A stretch of 64,000 nucleotides of DNA, from the NCBI GenBank assembly GCA_041661545.1, contig JBAZUH010000001.1, positions 339,877 through 403,876 of the forward strand. Direction: 5' to 3'. The number at the start of each line of letters is the position of its first letter. Positions within the stretch are counted from its first letter, which is position 1. The notes beneath the pieces are model-generated. The model was not told where the DNA came from. It made no database searches and saw nothing but the letters and a program-made list of their open reading frames with translations. Below, piece after piece: positions 46,083 to 54,861 of this stretch. The translations under genes were made by a program, and so were the position numbers. The stretch is from Candidatus Staskawiczbacteria bacterium (GTDB taxonomy: Bacteria > Patescibacteriota > Minisyncoccia > Minisyncoccales > Staskawiczbacteraceae).

Positions 46083-46146
46083 CTTCTGAAATCGTCCCAC
46101 CCAACAAGCCAGAACCAAAAAAGAGTCGCAAAGACTCTTTTTTGTT
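46083..46146 (+). repeat. Intergenic TTCTGAAATCG motif plus terminator, copy 3
   Basis: cttctgaaatcgtcccacccaacaagcc followed by aaaagagtcgcaaagactctttttt. Confidence 0.6.
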
Positions 46147-46155
46147 TTTAATAGG

Positions 46156-47016
46156 TTATTTTATGTTGCGTAGAATACTGAAGATGTCTGCCGCTCGGTT
46201 AGGCATATAAAGAGCGGCAATGGCAATAGGCCTACCATTTACTGTAAAAACAGAATCAAAAGTGTTTTTAGCTTCATCTAAATATCCTGATTTTCCACCA
46301 ACAAAATTATTCATATAATAAAAACCGTTTCCATTTTTAAATTTTAGCATTTTTCCGGTTTGGTCGGGCAACCAAAAATCATTATTTTTGGTAATTTCAA
46401 GAATTTGTGGATGTTTCTTATAAATATATGAAATTAGTTTAGCCAAATCTGTTGCCGTTGATTTATTTTTTATATTTAATCCATTGGTATCGTAATAAAC
46501 AGTTTTAGACATTCCCAATTTTTTTGCTTTTTGATTCATCAACTTAATAAACTTTGTTTTGCCCAAAAAATATGACAAAGCTTCTGCTGAATCGTTAGAT
46601 GACTGAATTAAAGTTGCTTTTAAAAGGTCGCTTGCTGTTATTTTTAACCCTTCATATAAAGCAGGTGTTTGGCCATCGGGCAAAAGCATTTTTTCTGTTA
46701 AAACAATTTTCTTTTTCATATTAATATTTTCCAATGTCACAACAGCGCTCATTAATTTGGCAACAGAAGCCATTGGAAACTTTTCATTAGCATTTTTAGC
46801 TAAAAGCACTTTGCCAGTGGCAATGTCTACTGCAATATATGCGCCCGCAACCGGAGTTTCATACAAATTATAATTTTTATTCATTGCCTGAAGAAGAAGA
46901 ATTTCGTTTTGTAAAATTTCTAGCTGTTGCTCTGGTAAAGGCGTTAGGGCATCTGCATTTTGACTAAAAACAATAGCTACAAAGATAAATATCGTAAAGA
47001 AAAATTTTTGTTTCAT
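46156..47016 (-). CDS. D-alanyl-D-alanine carboxypeptidase (S11, PBP5-like)
   Basis: SVAKLM (SxxK), SSND (SxN), and GGKSGY (KTG-like). Confidence 0.8.
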   Translation of the reverse strand: MKQKFFFTIFIFVAIVFSQNADALTPLPEQQLEILQNEILLLQAMNKNYNLYETPVAGAYIAVDIATGKVLLAKNANEKFPMASVAKLMSAVVTLENINMKKKIVLTEKMLLPDGQTPALYEGLKITASDLLKATLIQSSNDSAEALSYFLGKTKFIKLMNQKAKKLGMSKTVYYDTNGLNIKNKSTATDLAKLISYIYKKHPQILEITKNNDFWLPDQTGKMLKFKNGNGFYYMNNFVGGKSGYLDEAKNTFDSVFTVNGRPIAIAALYMPNRAADIFSILRNIK

Positions 47017-47165
47017 ATATTTCTTTATGACACAATTTTAAAATAAAAACCAATAAAAAAACTATAAAAACGTTGACCTTTTATAAAAATTATTGACATA
47101 AATTGTTAGAGTGATAGCATTATATTAATTGAGCAAGTTGCTCATTTACAAAAAGGGGGGACAAA

Positions 47166-47387
47166 ATGGAAATTCATACACGTATACGACTGCCAAATCA
47201 CAAATATAAGCGCATAATACATAATGAGGTGCAAGCACGAGAAACTGTTGCACGCAGTGCTTGCCCTCACAAAGAAGACGCGGAGCGTTTGAGAAGTGGT
47301 AAGATGTTCTGCACCTTGCTCAATAGAACAGTAAAAATACGCAATAGTTGTTGCCGTTGCAGTGACTGTCGTAATTTTCATTCTTAA
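47166..47387 (+). CDS. Island C: possible basic Cys-rich 73-aa protein (or a non-coding transcript)
   Basis: aaaaggggggacaaaATG is an unusually strong SD for this window. TTGACA lies at 47093-47098 with TGaTAGCAT. The C-terminus is CCRCSDC. No family is recognised. Confidence 0.35.
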   Translation: MEIHTRIRLPNHKYKRIIHNEVQARETVARSACPHKEDAERLRSGKMFCTLLNRTVKIRNSCCRCSDCRNFHS

Positions 47388-47481
47388 TTTTAGGATAACC
47401 AACTTATTCATGGCTAGTTAGCATCTGCTTTCTTAGCCTTCTTTTTTTGTATGGAAATTATGATATCATAGATAAATATCT

Positions 47482-48225
47482 ATGAAAAAAATATACTTAA
47501 TTATTATATTAATAATTATTGTGGTTTTAGGTATTTATATAAACCGCAGTTATGCTTATATTTATAATAAAACAAGCCAAGATAATTTGCTAAGCCCAGA
47601 TAAAAGCCAAACATATATAATAGAATCTATGAAAAATGATAAAGATTTAATTTATGTAGCCGTGGGCGACAGTTTAACTGCCGGCGTAGGAGTTGATAAT
47701 TACAAAGAATCATACCCATATTTATTGTCAGAAAAAATGTCTGGAGAGGGCAATATAATTTTAAAAAATAGATCTATTCCTGGCTTTACAACAGGCAATC
47801 TTAAAAATGAACTACTATCATTGGCTATTTTAGATAAACCAAATATTGTTACCTTATTAATTGGAGTTAATGATATTCACAATCAAATTTCTAAAAAAGA
47901 TTTTGAAGAAAATTATGATGAAATTTTAAAAGAACTTACTACAAAAACCACTGCTAAAATTTATTTAATAAATATTCCTTATATTGGTTCTAGCAAACTA
48001 ATTCTACCCCCTTATAATTTATATTTTGACTTTGAAACTAAACAATTTAACAAAATTATTGAAAATTTAGCACAAAAATATAATTTAACATACATAAACT
48101 TATATTCTGCGTCTAAAACAGAATTTGAAAAATCTGATTCATATTATGCAAAAGACTTGTTTCACCCATCGGCCAAGGGTTATGCTATGTGGGCCAATAT
48201 AATATTCGCAAACATATATAAATAA
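47482..48225 (+). CDS. SGNH/GDSL hydrolase
   Basis: VAVGDSLTAG, GVNDI, and DLFHPS blocks. Confidence 0.8.
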   Translation: MKKIYLIIILIIIVVLGIYINRSYAYIYNKTSQDNLLSPDKSQTYIIESMKNDKDLIYVAVGDSLTAGVGVDNYKESYPYLLSEKMSGEGNIILKNRSIPGFTTGNLKNELLSLAILDKPNIVTLLIGVNDIHNQISKKDFEENYDEILKELTTKTTAKIYLINIPYIGSSKLILPPYNLYFDFETKQFNKIIENLAQKYNLTYINLYSASKTEFEKSDSYYAKDLFHPSAKGYAMWANIIFANIYK

Positions 48226-48226
48226 A

Positions 48227-49336
48227 ATGATAATTTCAATAAATAACGCATTTGAAGCTACAATAATCTTTAATATTATTTTGGGCATAATTTTGCTTTT
48301 ATCTTTGCGTAAAAAAAACGACAAAGGAATTTTTCCTATTTCGCTAAGTCAAGAATTAAAGGGCATTGCAATTTTGCTTGTTGTATTTTCTCATGTGGGG
48401 TATTTCTTGGTTACAGATAACAGATTTTTATTTCCCTTGTCGGATTTAGCTGGCGTAGGAGTTGATTTATTTTTGTTTCTTTCTGGGTTAGGGCTAACTG
48501 CTAGTGCTTTTAAAAATAAACTACCAATATTAAATTTTTATCATAAACATTTCTTAAAATTATTTACCCCTCTTTGGCTAACTTTAATTGGCCTTTTAAC
48601 ATTAGATTTTTTTGTTTTAAAAATAACTTATTCTTGGCAATTTATTGCAAAATCCTTTTTGGGAATTTTTACTACGGCCGACATATATAAAGACATAGAT
48701 TCTCCATTATGGTATTTTACTTTAATATTATTTTATTATCTTGTTTTTCCAATTTTCTTTTCTAAAAAAAGGCCGTGGTTGTCAGCCATTATAATTTATG
48801 CTGTTAGTTATATAATTTTATACTTAAACATACCAGCTATATATAACGTATCGTTTTTCCACGAAAAACATATTATAGCCTTTCCTTTGGGCATGATAAT
48901 TTCTTGGATTTTTTACCAGCTAGCAGATAAAAATAAAATAAATATAAATAAATATGCATCTATAATTGGACGTTATACATTAATAGCTATGCTAATAGCA
49001 TTTATTTTTTATTCCCACTCTTATTTTAGACAACTAACCAACCCAGACCAAATTCAATTTGCTAGTATTGCCACAGTATTGGCCATTATTATTATATTTA
49101 TGGCAAAAAAGTTTGAATTTAAATTATTAAGCTTAATTGGTGTATACTCTTACGAAATTTATCTTTTGCACTGGCCAATTATGTATAGATATGATTTTAT
49201 TTATCAATATTTGCCCGCTTGGTTGGCTACGCTAATTTATATTCCAGTTTTAATAACTATTGCCTGGCTATTTAAAAAACTTGTTGATTTAATTTTAAAT
49301 AGAAAAAAACCATCTAAAAATGAGATGAAGGATTGA
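48227..49336 (+). CDS. Acyltransferase family 3 (membrane O-acyltransferase)
   Basis: LKGIAILLVVFSHVG, in a polytopic protein. Confidence 0.75.
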   Translation: MIISINNAFEATIIFNIILGIILLLSLRKKNDKGIFPISLSQELKGIAILLVVFSHVGYFLVTDNRFLFPLSDLAGVGVDLFLFLSGLGLTASAFKNKLPILNFYHKHFLKLFTPLWLTLIGLLTLDFFVLKITYSWQFIAKSFLGIFTTADIYKDIDSPLWYFTLILFYYLVFPIFFSKKRPWLSAIIIYAVSYIILYLNIPAIYNVSFFHEKHIIAFPLGMIISWIFYQLADKNKININKYASIIGRYTLIAMLIAFIFYSHSYFRQLTNPDQIQFASIATVLAIIIIFMAKKFEFKLLSLIGVYSYEIYLLHWPIMYRYDFIYQYLPAWLATLIYIPVLITIAWLFKKLVDLILNRKKPSKNEMKD

Positions 49337-49446
49337 CTTTTTCATTTTTTTGGGTAAACTCTAGATAAGTACTTTGACAAGAGGAAATCGCTTTGCCGAG
49401 TGGCAAACGCGTATTTTGACTTATTGTCAGGGTAACCCACAAACCA

Positions 49447-50763
49447 ATGACGACCATGAAGAACCAACCGACAACCATGAAAACAAGGCTATGTTTCCTC
49501 AATGTACAACCCCACTGCCTTTTGGTGGGACAACCCGGCGGCTTCGCAACGGCAGAAGACTTCCACCGGTTCGCCGCCGAATGCGGGTTCACGGGCATCA
49601 CCATGCCCACCGGATTCGTGGACATCGATCAGGCCATTTCCAGCTCGTCATACCGGGACGATTTCCAAGCAAACCTGATCGGCTGTGGCCTCACCGACGG
49701 TTTGGTGCGGATGGAAATGCACGTGGACGGCCAAAATGTCTGCGTGGCGCCCTACCGGGTCAAGCGCACGGGGCACTTCGTGAGCCCCGACTTCGCCACC
49801 ACGAATGTGGCGAACATGGAAGGCCTGGCCAAGGACAATTTGTTCAAGGCCATCGATGCATCGGCCGCCTTCGGGTTCAAATACTTGCCCGGTTTCTGCG
49901 GTGGACGCGGGTTCGCTGCCGCCATGGCAAAATGGCCGGCATGGCCCAAGCATCTCCCAGCGTGGGTGATGGGGTTGCTGGCTCTCAAGTGGCAACCAAT
50001 CCTGGAATATGCAGCCGACAGGGGCGTGACCATCACATTCGAATTCGGTCACCCCGAAAACGACCTGCTAACCGGCGCCAACTTCGTGCTCTTCTACAGC
50101 ATGCTGTCGGACAAAGCCAAACTTGGTGTTGGCATCAACGCAGATGCCTCGCACTTCCTCAACATCGGCATCAACCCGATGCCTCACCTGGACAAGGCCG
50201 CCGAAACCGGTTGCAAATTTACTAACCATTTCAAGTGGGGCGCTTCGGTGGACCGGGGGGATGGCACTGCCTCCACTTACGGCGGGTGGACCAACTGGTC
50301 GCAATCGTCCACGACGTTCTTCACCTTCGCCACTGTGGGGCCCGACTGGCTCGCCCGCGAGTTCTACGAGTTCCTCCTGGCGATGACCAGGAAACAGGGC
50401 GACGAATGCTTCGACGTTGTTTATGAAGGCGAAGATGCCACCATCATCAACCCCAAGCAAGCCATGCAGATTGGTGCCGCCAACTGTCGTGCAGCCATCA
50501 CCGGCGATCGCTTTATCAAGCTGAACGGCGTTGTGGACGAGGAAGATTTCGTTATGACCACTCCGATGGAGGTGAACGATGTCGCACTCTATTTCCCCGG
50601 CGGACGTTTGCTGGAACTTGAATCCTGGGCCGGCGGACCCTTTGACCAGGCCTTTGATAGCCCGCTCAAGCCCTATGATCTGCTCGAAATGGACTGCCAT
50701 GAAGTCACGGCTTGCCGGCAGTTGCTAGCTGACACCGGCCACGAAGCCGAAGCAGAGGCGTGA
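49447..50763 (+). CDS. Island D: xylose-isomerase-like TIM-barrel (sugar phosphate isomerase/epimerase superfamily) protein, 438 aa, strongly G+C-rich
   Basis: ITFEFGHPENDLL and GINADASHF resemble the metal-ligand strands of the AP-endonuclease-2/xylose-isomerase-like fold. A hand count gives 39/60 G+C at 49561-49620 versus 16/60 at 49141-49200. Confidence 0.6.
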   Translation: MTTMKNQPTTMKTRLCFLNVQPHCLLVGQPGGFATAEDFHRFAAECGFTGITMPTGFVDIDQAISSSSYRDDFQANLIGCGLTDGLVRMEMHVDGQNVCVAPYRVKRTGHFVSPDFATTNVANMEGLAKDNLFKAIDASAAFGFKYLPGFCGGRGFAAAMAKWPAWPKHLPAWVMGLLALKWQPILEYAADRGVTITFEFGHPENDLLTGANFVLFYSMLSDKAKLGVGINADASHFLNIGINPMPHLDKAAETGCKFTNHFKWGASVDRGDGTASTYGGWTNWSQSSTTFFTFATVGPDWLAREFYEFLLAMTRKQGDECFDVVYEGEDATIINPKQAMQIGAANCRAAITGDRFIKLNGVVDEEDFVMTTPMEVNDVALYFPGGRLLELESWAGGPFDQAFDSPLKPYDLLEMDCHEVTACRQLLADTGHEAEAEA

Positions 50764-50789
50764 CCACGCTCGCTGCTCAACAAACCCAA

Positions 50790-50825
50790 GCCTGGGGAAC
50801 ACGATGTTCCCTGGGCACTTTTTTT
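50790..50825 (+). terminator. Strong intrinsic terminator of island D
   Basis: gcctggggaaca-cga-tgttccctgggc forms a 12-bp stem including G-U pairs, followed by ac and ttttttt. Confidence 0.75.
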
Positions 50826-50870
50826 ACATAAATATGCAATATAAATATAAAATGTTATAATTCTAATATT

Positions 50871-52229
50871 ATGAAGCAAAAAGAAGCTTTCGATATATTA
50901 AAATCTGGATATAATACTTTTTTAACAGGCCCGCCAGGAAGCGGGAAAACTTTTTTATTAAACAATTATATTAAATATTTAAAAAAGAATAACGTGGTTG
51001 TTTCTATAACTGCCAGCACGGGAATTGCCGCCACTCATATGGGCGGGGTTACTTTGCATTCTTGGAGTGGACTGGGAATTCGCGATGAGTTGGATGATTC
51101 AGAAGTGAAAAAAGCTTGCGAACGTGGATATATAAGAAAAAGGATAAAAAATACAGGAGTTTTAATTATTGACGAAATTTCTATGATAAAAGCTTCACAG
51201 TTTGAGGCTGTAAATAAAATTTGCCAATATATAAAAAGAAGCCCAAGGCCATTTGGTGGCATACAAGTTGTATGCTCGGGAGATTTTTTTCAACTTCCAC
51301 CAGTTTATAAAAATGAAAAACCTAAAAGCATAATTCAGGGCGAACTTTTTAATCCAGAACAGAACAAACCAACGTTTGTTACCGAATCTGGAGCTTGGAA
51401 AAGTTTAGATATGAAAGTTTGTTATTTAGATGAACAATATAGAACAAAAGATAAACAACTAACTAAAATTTTAAATCATATAAGAGAAGACCAGGCCGAG
51501 AAATCAAAAAAGCTACTTTTTGATACGCATAAAAATAAAAATGAGCAAAAACGTATTTTGACAAAATTATATACCCACAATATTGATGTAGATACAATAA
51601 ATTATAACGAATTAAATAAAATAAAAGGCAAAGAATATTATTATCAAATGACTTCTCGCGGGAACCCAATAGTTTCTGATATTTTGAAAAAAAGTTGTTT
51701 AGCTCCTGAAAAATTAATTTTAAAGGAAGGTGCGCATGTTATGTTTATAAAAAATAATTTTGAAGCAGGTTATGTAAACGGCACTCAAGGAAAAGTTGTT
51801 GGTTTTGTTGCCGCTGATTTGCCAGTTATACAAACAGAAGAAGGTAAAAAAATAACCGTTACTTATGCTGATTGGACCATTGAAGAAGATAAATCTATTA
51901 TTGCTGGCATTTCACAAATTCCATTAAGATTAGCTTGGGCTATTACTGTGCATAAAAGTCAGGGGATGAATTTAGATTCAGCAGAAATGGATTTATCAAA
52001 ATGTTTTTTGCCCGGCATGGGATATGTGGCTTTGTCACGTTTAAAATCACTAAAAGGATTAAATTTATTGGGCATAAATAATTTAGCTTTTTGTGTAAAC
52101 CAAAAAGCTATAGAAGTAGATAAAAATTTTAAAAAATTATCTAAAGAATCGTCTGCTGAACTAAAAAAGATATCTTCTGGAGATATCAGCAAGCGTCAAA
52201 AACTGTTTATAAAATACCTCGGCGGGTAA
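50871..52229 (+). CDS. Pif1/RecD-family SF1B DNA helicase
   Basis: GPPGSGKTF, IIDEISMI, GDFFQLPPV, and ITVHKSQG. Confidence 0.85.
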   Translation: MKQKEAFDILKSGYNTFLTGPPGSGKTFLLNNYIKYLKKNNVVVSITASTGIAATHMGGVTLHSWSGLGIRDELDDSEVKKACERGYIRKRIKNTGVLIIDEISMIKASQFEAVNKICQYIKRSPRPFGGIQVVCSGDFFQLPPVYKNEKPKSIIQGELFNPEQNKPTFVTESGAWKSLDMKVCYLDEQYRTKDKQLTKILNHIREDQAEKSKKLLFDTHKNKNEQKRILTKLYTHNIDVDTINYNELNKIKGKEYYYQMTSRGNPIVSDILKKSCLAPEKLILKEGAHVMFIKNNFEAGYVNGTQGKVVGFVAADLPVIQTEEGKKITVTYADWTIEEDKSIIAGISQIPLRLAWAITVHKSQGMNLDSAEMDLSKCFLPGMGYVALSRLKSLKGLNLLGINNLAFCVNQKAIEVDKNFKKLSKESSAELKKISSGDISKRQKLFIKYLGG

Positions 52230-52235
52230 AGCCCA

Positions 52236-52262
52236 CCAAAAAAACCGCCTCATCGGCGGTTT
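52236..52262. terminator. Hairpin terminator shared by the Pif1 gene and island E
   Basis: aaaaaaaccgcctcatcggcggtt. The A-run gives a T-run on the minus strand. Confidence 0.55.
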
Positions 52263-52431
52263 AATTTCAACTATGAACTGACAACTAATAGTTACAAGCT
52301 CAAGTGTTGGGAGGAACTTATCGCGTTCCTCCATATTTTGTGGCAAGCCACACGTCAGGATTAGAACCTGAAGATATTCGAGAATATGGTCTCAATACCT
52401 ATGCCGGCTTTTTCAAAAGCCGTAAAACGAA

Positions 52432-52953
52432 TTACCTGGTGGCAAAAACCTTGCCCTTGCCCACCCCAAGCATAAAGATTTTGCTATCGTCGGAGAACTC
52501 GTACCCGCAGGAGAACGTAGTCCCTGTAGGGTTCGGAACAAATTTCCAGCTCCACGCCGAAAACTGGCGCCGACAAATTGGCAAAGGATTTAGCCCCAGG
52601 CGATAGCATTCCCTCATCCAAATAGCACTAGGAAGCACCGGGAATGTTGTCATCCACTCCTTGCTATTCGGGAATCCTATCGGTACCCACTCACCGAGGT
52701 CGGAAGGATTGACGATGGCGACAACCGGTTCGATCCCCCTCCAACTGTTGCCTTCCGAGACAAGTTCAAACGGCCCTGACCCTAATGGACCAGATTCTCG
52801 TCTCAGGGTAAATCCGTGCTCAAGACAGCCTCCTTTACCGAGATACTCGTCAGCGATGTCCACAAGACCAATGAGGTATAGGTCAAGTTCCATCTGCCAG
52901 GAGGTGTAATAGCGGGGAACAGAGCCACCGATGTGATAGAGTAGCGTTTTCAT
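52432..52953 (-). CDS. Island E orphan protein (173 aa from ATG 52953; the track ORF starts at GTG 52998)
   Basis: MKTLLYHIGGSVPRYYTSWQMELDLYLIG... No family is recognised. G+C is elevated. Confidence 0.55.
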   Translation of the reverse strand: MKTLLYHIGGSVPRYYTSWQMELDLYLIGLVDIADEYLGKGGCLEHGFTLRRESGPLGSGPFELVSEGNSWRGIEPVVAIVNPSDLGEWVPIGFPNSKEWMTTFPVLPSAIWMRECYRLGLNPLPICRRQFSAWSWKFVPNPTGTTFSCGYEFSDDSKIFMLGVGKGKVFATR

Positions 52954-53152
52954 GTTTTCAGTCTTTCTGCACTCTCTAACGGGGAGTTTTCCGCTCACTT
53001 CTGTTGTCTTTTTTAAACAGTTGGTAAAGCCTAGTAAGTGGCTCCCTGAATTCGTAGTGAACGCAGGTTACTGTTCCCTGCTCTAGCAAGGCGCAAAAAC
53101 CTGCATTCACTAACTATGTTTTCAAATTACTATCAATTTATCCTATATATTT

Positions 53153-53181
53153 ATTATACCACCATTAAGCGACCTTGTCAA
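53153..53181 (-). promoter_or_regulatory. Consensus promoter of island E (TTGACA-N17-TATAAT on the minus strand)
   Basis: tgtcaa at 53176-53181 and attata at 53153-53158, with a 17-nt spacer. About 190 nt of leader follow, containing a 15-bp stem at 53055-53112. Confidence 0.6.
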
Positions 53182-53207
53182 GCCTTTCTGACTCGCAAAA
53201 TAACCTA

Positions 53208-53253
53208 CAAAAAAAGTCGCGTTTTTGACGGCCGTCAAAAACGCGACTTTTTT
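53208..53253. terminator. Perfect palindromic bidirectional terminator, copy 1
   Basis: aaaaaaaGTCGCGTTTTTGACGGCCGTCAAAAACGCGACtttttt. A 30-nt core is repeated at 61172-61207. Confidence 0.75.
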
Positions 53254-53257
53254 ATAT

Positions 53258-54391
53258 TTATGCTTCGCTAATTAAAATAGACGTTATTTGATCAAATATT
53301 GTGTGGGGCATATATAACTCTTTCATTTTATCTTTCACATCAATGTGAACTGTTTTGCCCATCATGCTGTCTATTTTTTCATAAACTAATTTTACAGAAT
53401 CAAAATTTATAATCCAATCATTTAATCCTAAATTATTAAATGTTTCAGAAACTCCCATATTATAGTTAACCATTGCCGGCGTGCCAGAAGCTATAGATTC
53501 TTTGGCAACATTTCCATAGGTTTCAAAATGAGAAGGGCTAATAACCACCCCCATATTTTTATAAAATGACGCTAAGTCCTTGTTATTTTTTGGTTTATGA
53601 AACGTAACTACTTTAGAAAGTCTTTTGTATATTTTATTATTCTTATCTAAATCAGTAATAATATTTACCACAAACTTATTTCCATTTTTATTATTATAAT
53701 TTGCTAAATTTTCACAAAAACGAACATTTTTTATTCCTGTCCATCTGCTTACTATTCCTATATTTATTTTGTCTATTTGATTTTCTTCTTCAAAAAAATG
53801 AGCTGAAACAGGATTTGGAATAACAGCTGATTTTTTAACTTTATGTTTAAAAACTTCTTTTTCAACAACGTTTTTTGTAATTTCTGATGGAAAAATATAA
53901 AACATATTCTTTTTATCAAAAGATCTTTCCATATCTAAAAATATTTTTCTTTGCCTTTTGCCCCAATTTTGAACTTCTTTCATTAATACGCCGTGATAAT
54001 GCAAAACTGCTGGAACGTTTTCTCGTTCTGAAGCCAAAAGCAAACACCAAGGCATAAAATATGTTCCATTTATTAAAACTAAATCTGGTTTTTCTTTTTT
54101 TATAGCTTTTTGATATGCCAATATTACTTGCTCATAAGCTAATTCTACTTCTGCTAAATTTTTTGCCTTATTTACAATTTTTGCAATATCGGGAACATTA
54201 ACCCCAATAGATACGGTGCTAGTTTTATTAGTGCTAATTTTTTTATATGTTTTTCTATTTTTATTTAATACAGTAACTGCTGTAATATTTAAATTATTAC
54301 CCTTACTTTTTTCAATAAAATCCATAAAAGACAAAACCACCTGAGCAATTCCGGCAGTATGGGCAAATTTTATGTTTGTTAATACTTTCAT
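53258..54391 (-). CDS. Glycosyltransferase family 4 (GT-B)
   Basis: SHFETYGNVAKESIASGTPAMV (E-x7-E region). Confidence 0.75.
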   Translation of the reverse strand: MKVLTNIKFAHTAGIAQVVLSFMDFIEKSKGNNLNITAVTVLNKNRKTYKKISTNKTSTVSIGVNVPDIAKIVNKAKNLAEVELAYEQVILAYQKAIKKEKPDLVLINGTYFMPWCLLLASERENVPAVLHYHGVLMKEVQNWGKRQRKIFLDMERSFDKKNMFYIFPSEITKNVVEKEVFKHKVKKSAVIPNPVSAHFFEEENQIDKINIGIVSRWTGIKNVRFCENLANYNNKNGNKFVVNIITDLDKNNKIYKRLSKVVTFHKPKNNKDLASFYKNMGVVISPSHFETYGNVAKESIASGTPAMVNYNMGVSETFNNLGLNDWIINFDSVKLVYEKIDSMMGKTVHIDVKDKMKELYMPHTIFDQITSILISEA

Positions 54392-54476
54392 ATTATAAAA
54401 AAACTAGACCTTTCGCGGCCCAAGCTCTAATAAACTTGTTTATTGTATATATTAATTATATCAAATTTATTTCACT

Positions 54477-54507
54477 TTGTCAATATGTTCTTCTACCTTG
54501 ATATAAT
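54477..54507 (+). promoter_or_regulatory. Promoter of island F (TTGTCA with extended -10 TGaTATAAT)
   Basis: TTGTCA at 54477-54482 and TGATATAAT at 54499-54507. The spacer is 19 nt, so function would rest on the extended -10. Confidence 0.45.
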
Positions 54508-54619
54508 TATTAATCAATGATAGAAATAATTTAGTATAGTAGGAACAGGATTCCTTGCTATTGAAATTTCGCCGAAAGCGAAACAACTTTGTTGCCAAAC
54601 TACCAACTAATCGAACACC

Positions 54620-54805
54620 ATGAAAACCACAGAAATACCGCCGCCACAATTGGGTATCCCCGTTTCTAAAGCCGCAGAGAAAAAAATGAAAGTAACAATG
54701 CGTCGATGGACGCGTACCAATGTACGAGAAATGGGAAATGCATTCGACCCAAAAAAAACGGCTTCGGTAAGAGCAACTCCGCAAGAGCTAATTAGCTTCG
54801 AATAG
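54620..54805 (+). CDS. Island F orphan basic protein (61 aa)
   Basis: MKTTEIPPPQLGIPVSKAAEKKMKVTMRRWTRTNVREMG... Has a CA-rich leader, a terminator immediately downstream, and elevated G+C. Confidence 0.45.
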   Translation: MKTTEIPPPQLGIPVSKAAEKKMKVTMRRWTRTNVREMGNAFDPKKTASVRATPQELISFE

Positions 54806-54829
54806 AGCTAAAAAGCTGCAACAGTCTTT

Positions 54830-54861
54830 AACCGCAGGTTTCACCTCGCGGTTCTTTTTTT
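54830..54861 (+). terminator. Intrinsic terminator of island F
   Basis: aaccgcaggtttcacctcgcggtt followed by a T-run. Confidence 0.65.

Noticed and set aside
47142-47411. Minus-strand 89-aa ORF in island C. Separately, the idea that island C is 6S RNA, tmRNA, RNase P RNA or SRP RNA.
   Set aside because: The minus-strand ORF has no start context. None of the conserved signatures I know for those RNAs is present: GAGGAAAGUCC for RNase P, a tRNA-like end plus tag ORF for tmRNA, the SRP domain IV motif. The unit is left unclassified.
49374-50879. Multiple long ORFs in other frames and on the other strand over island D: 49374..50225, 49648..50052, 49752..50036, 50068..50700, 50123..50386, 50235..50426 and 50673..50879.
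   Set aside because: These are typical stop-poor shadow frames of high-G+C DNA. Only 49447..50763 gives a globular, family-like protein (TIM-barrel strands).
54467-54784. Minus-strand 105-aa ORF antisense to the island F ORF.
   Set aside because: It spans the island F promoter and leader and has no upstream signals of its own. Its composition-driven openness is as expected for G+C-rich sequence.
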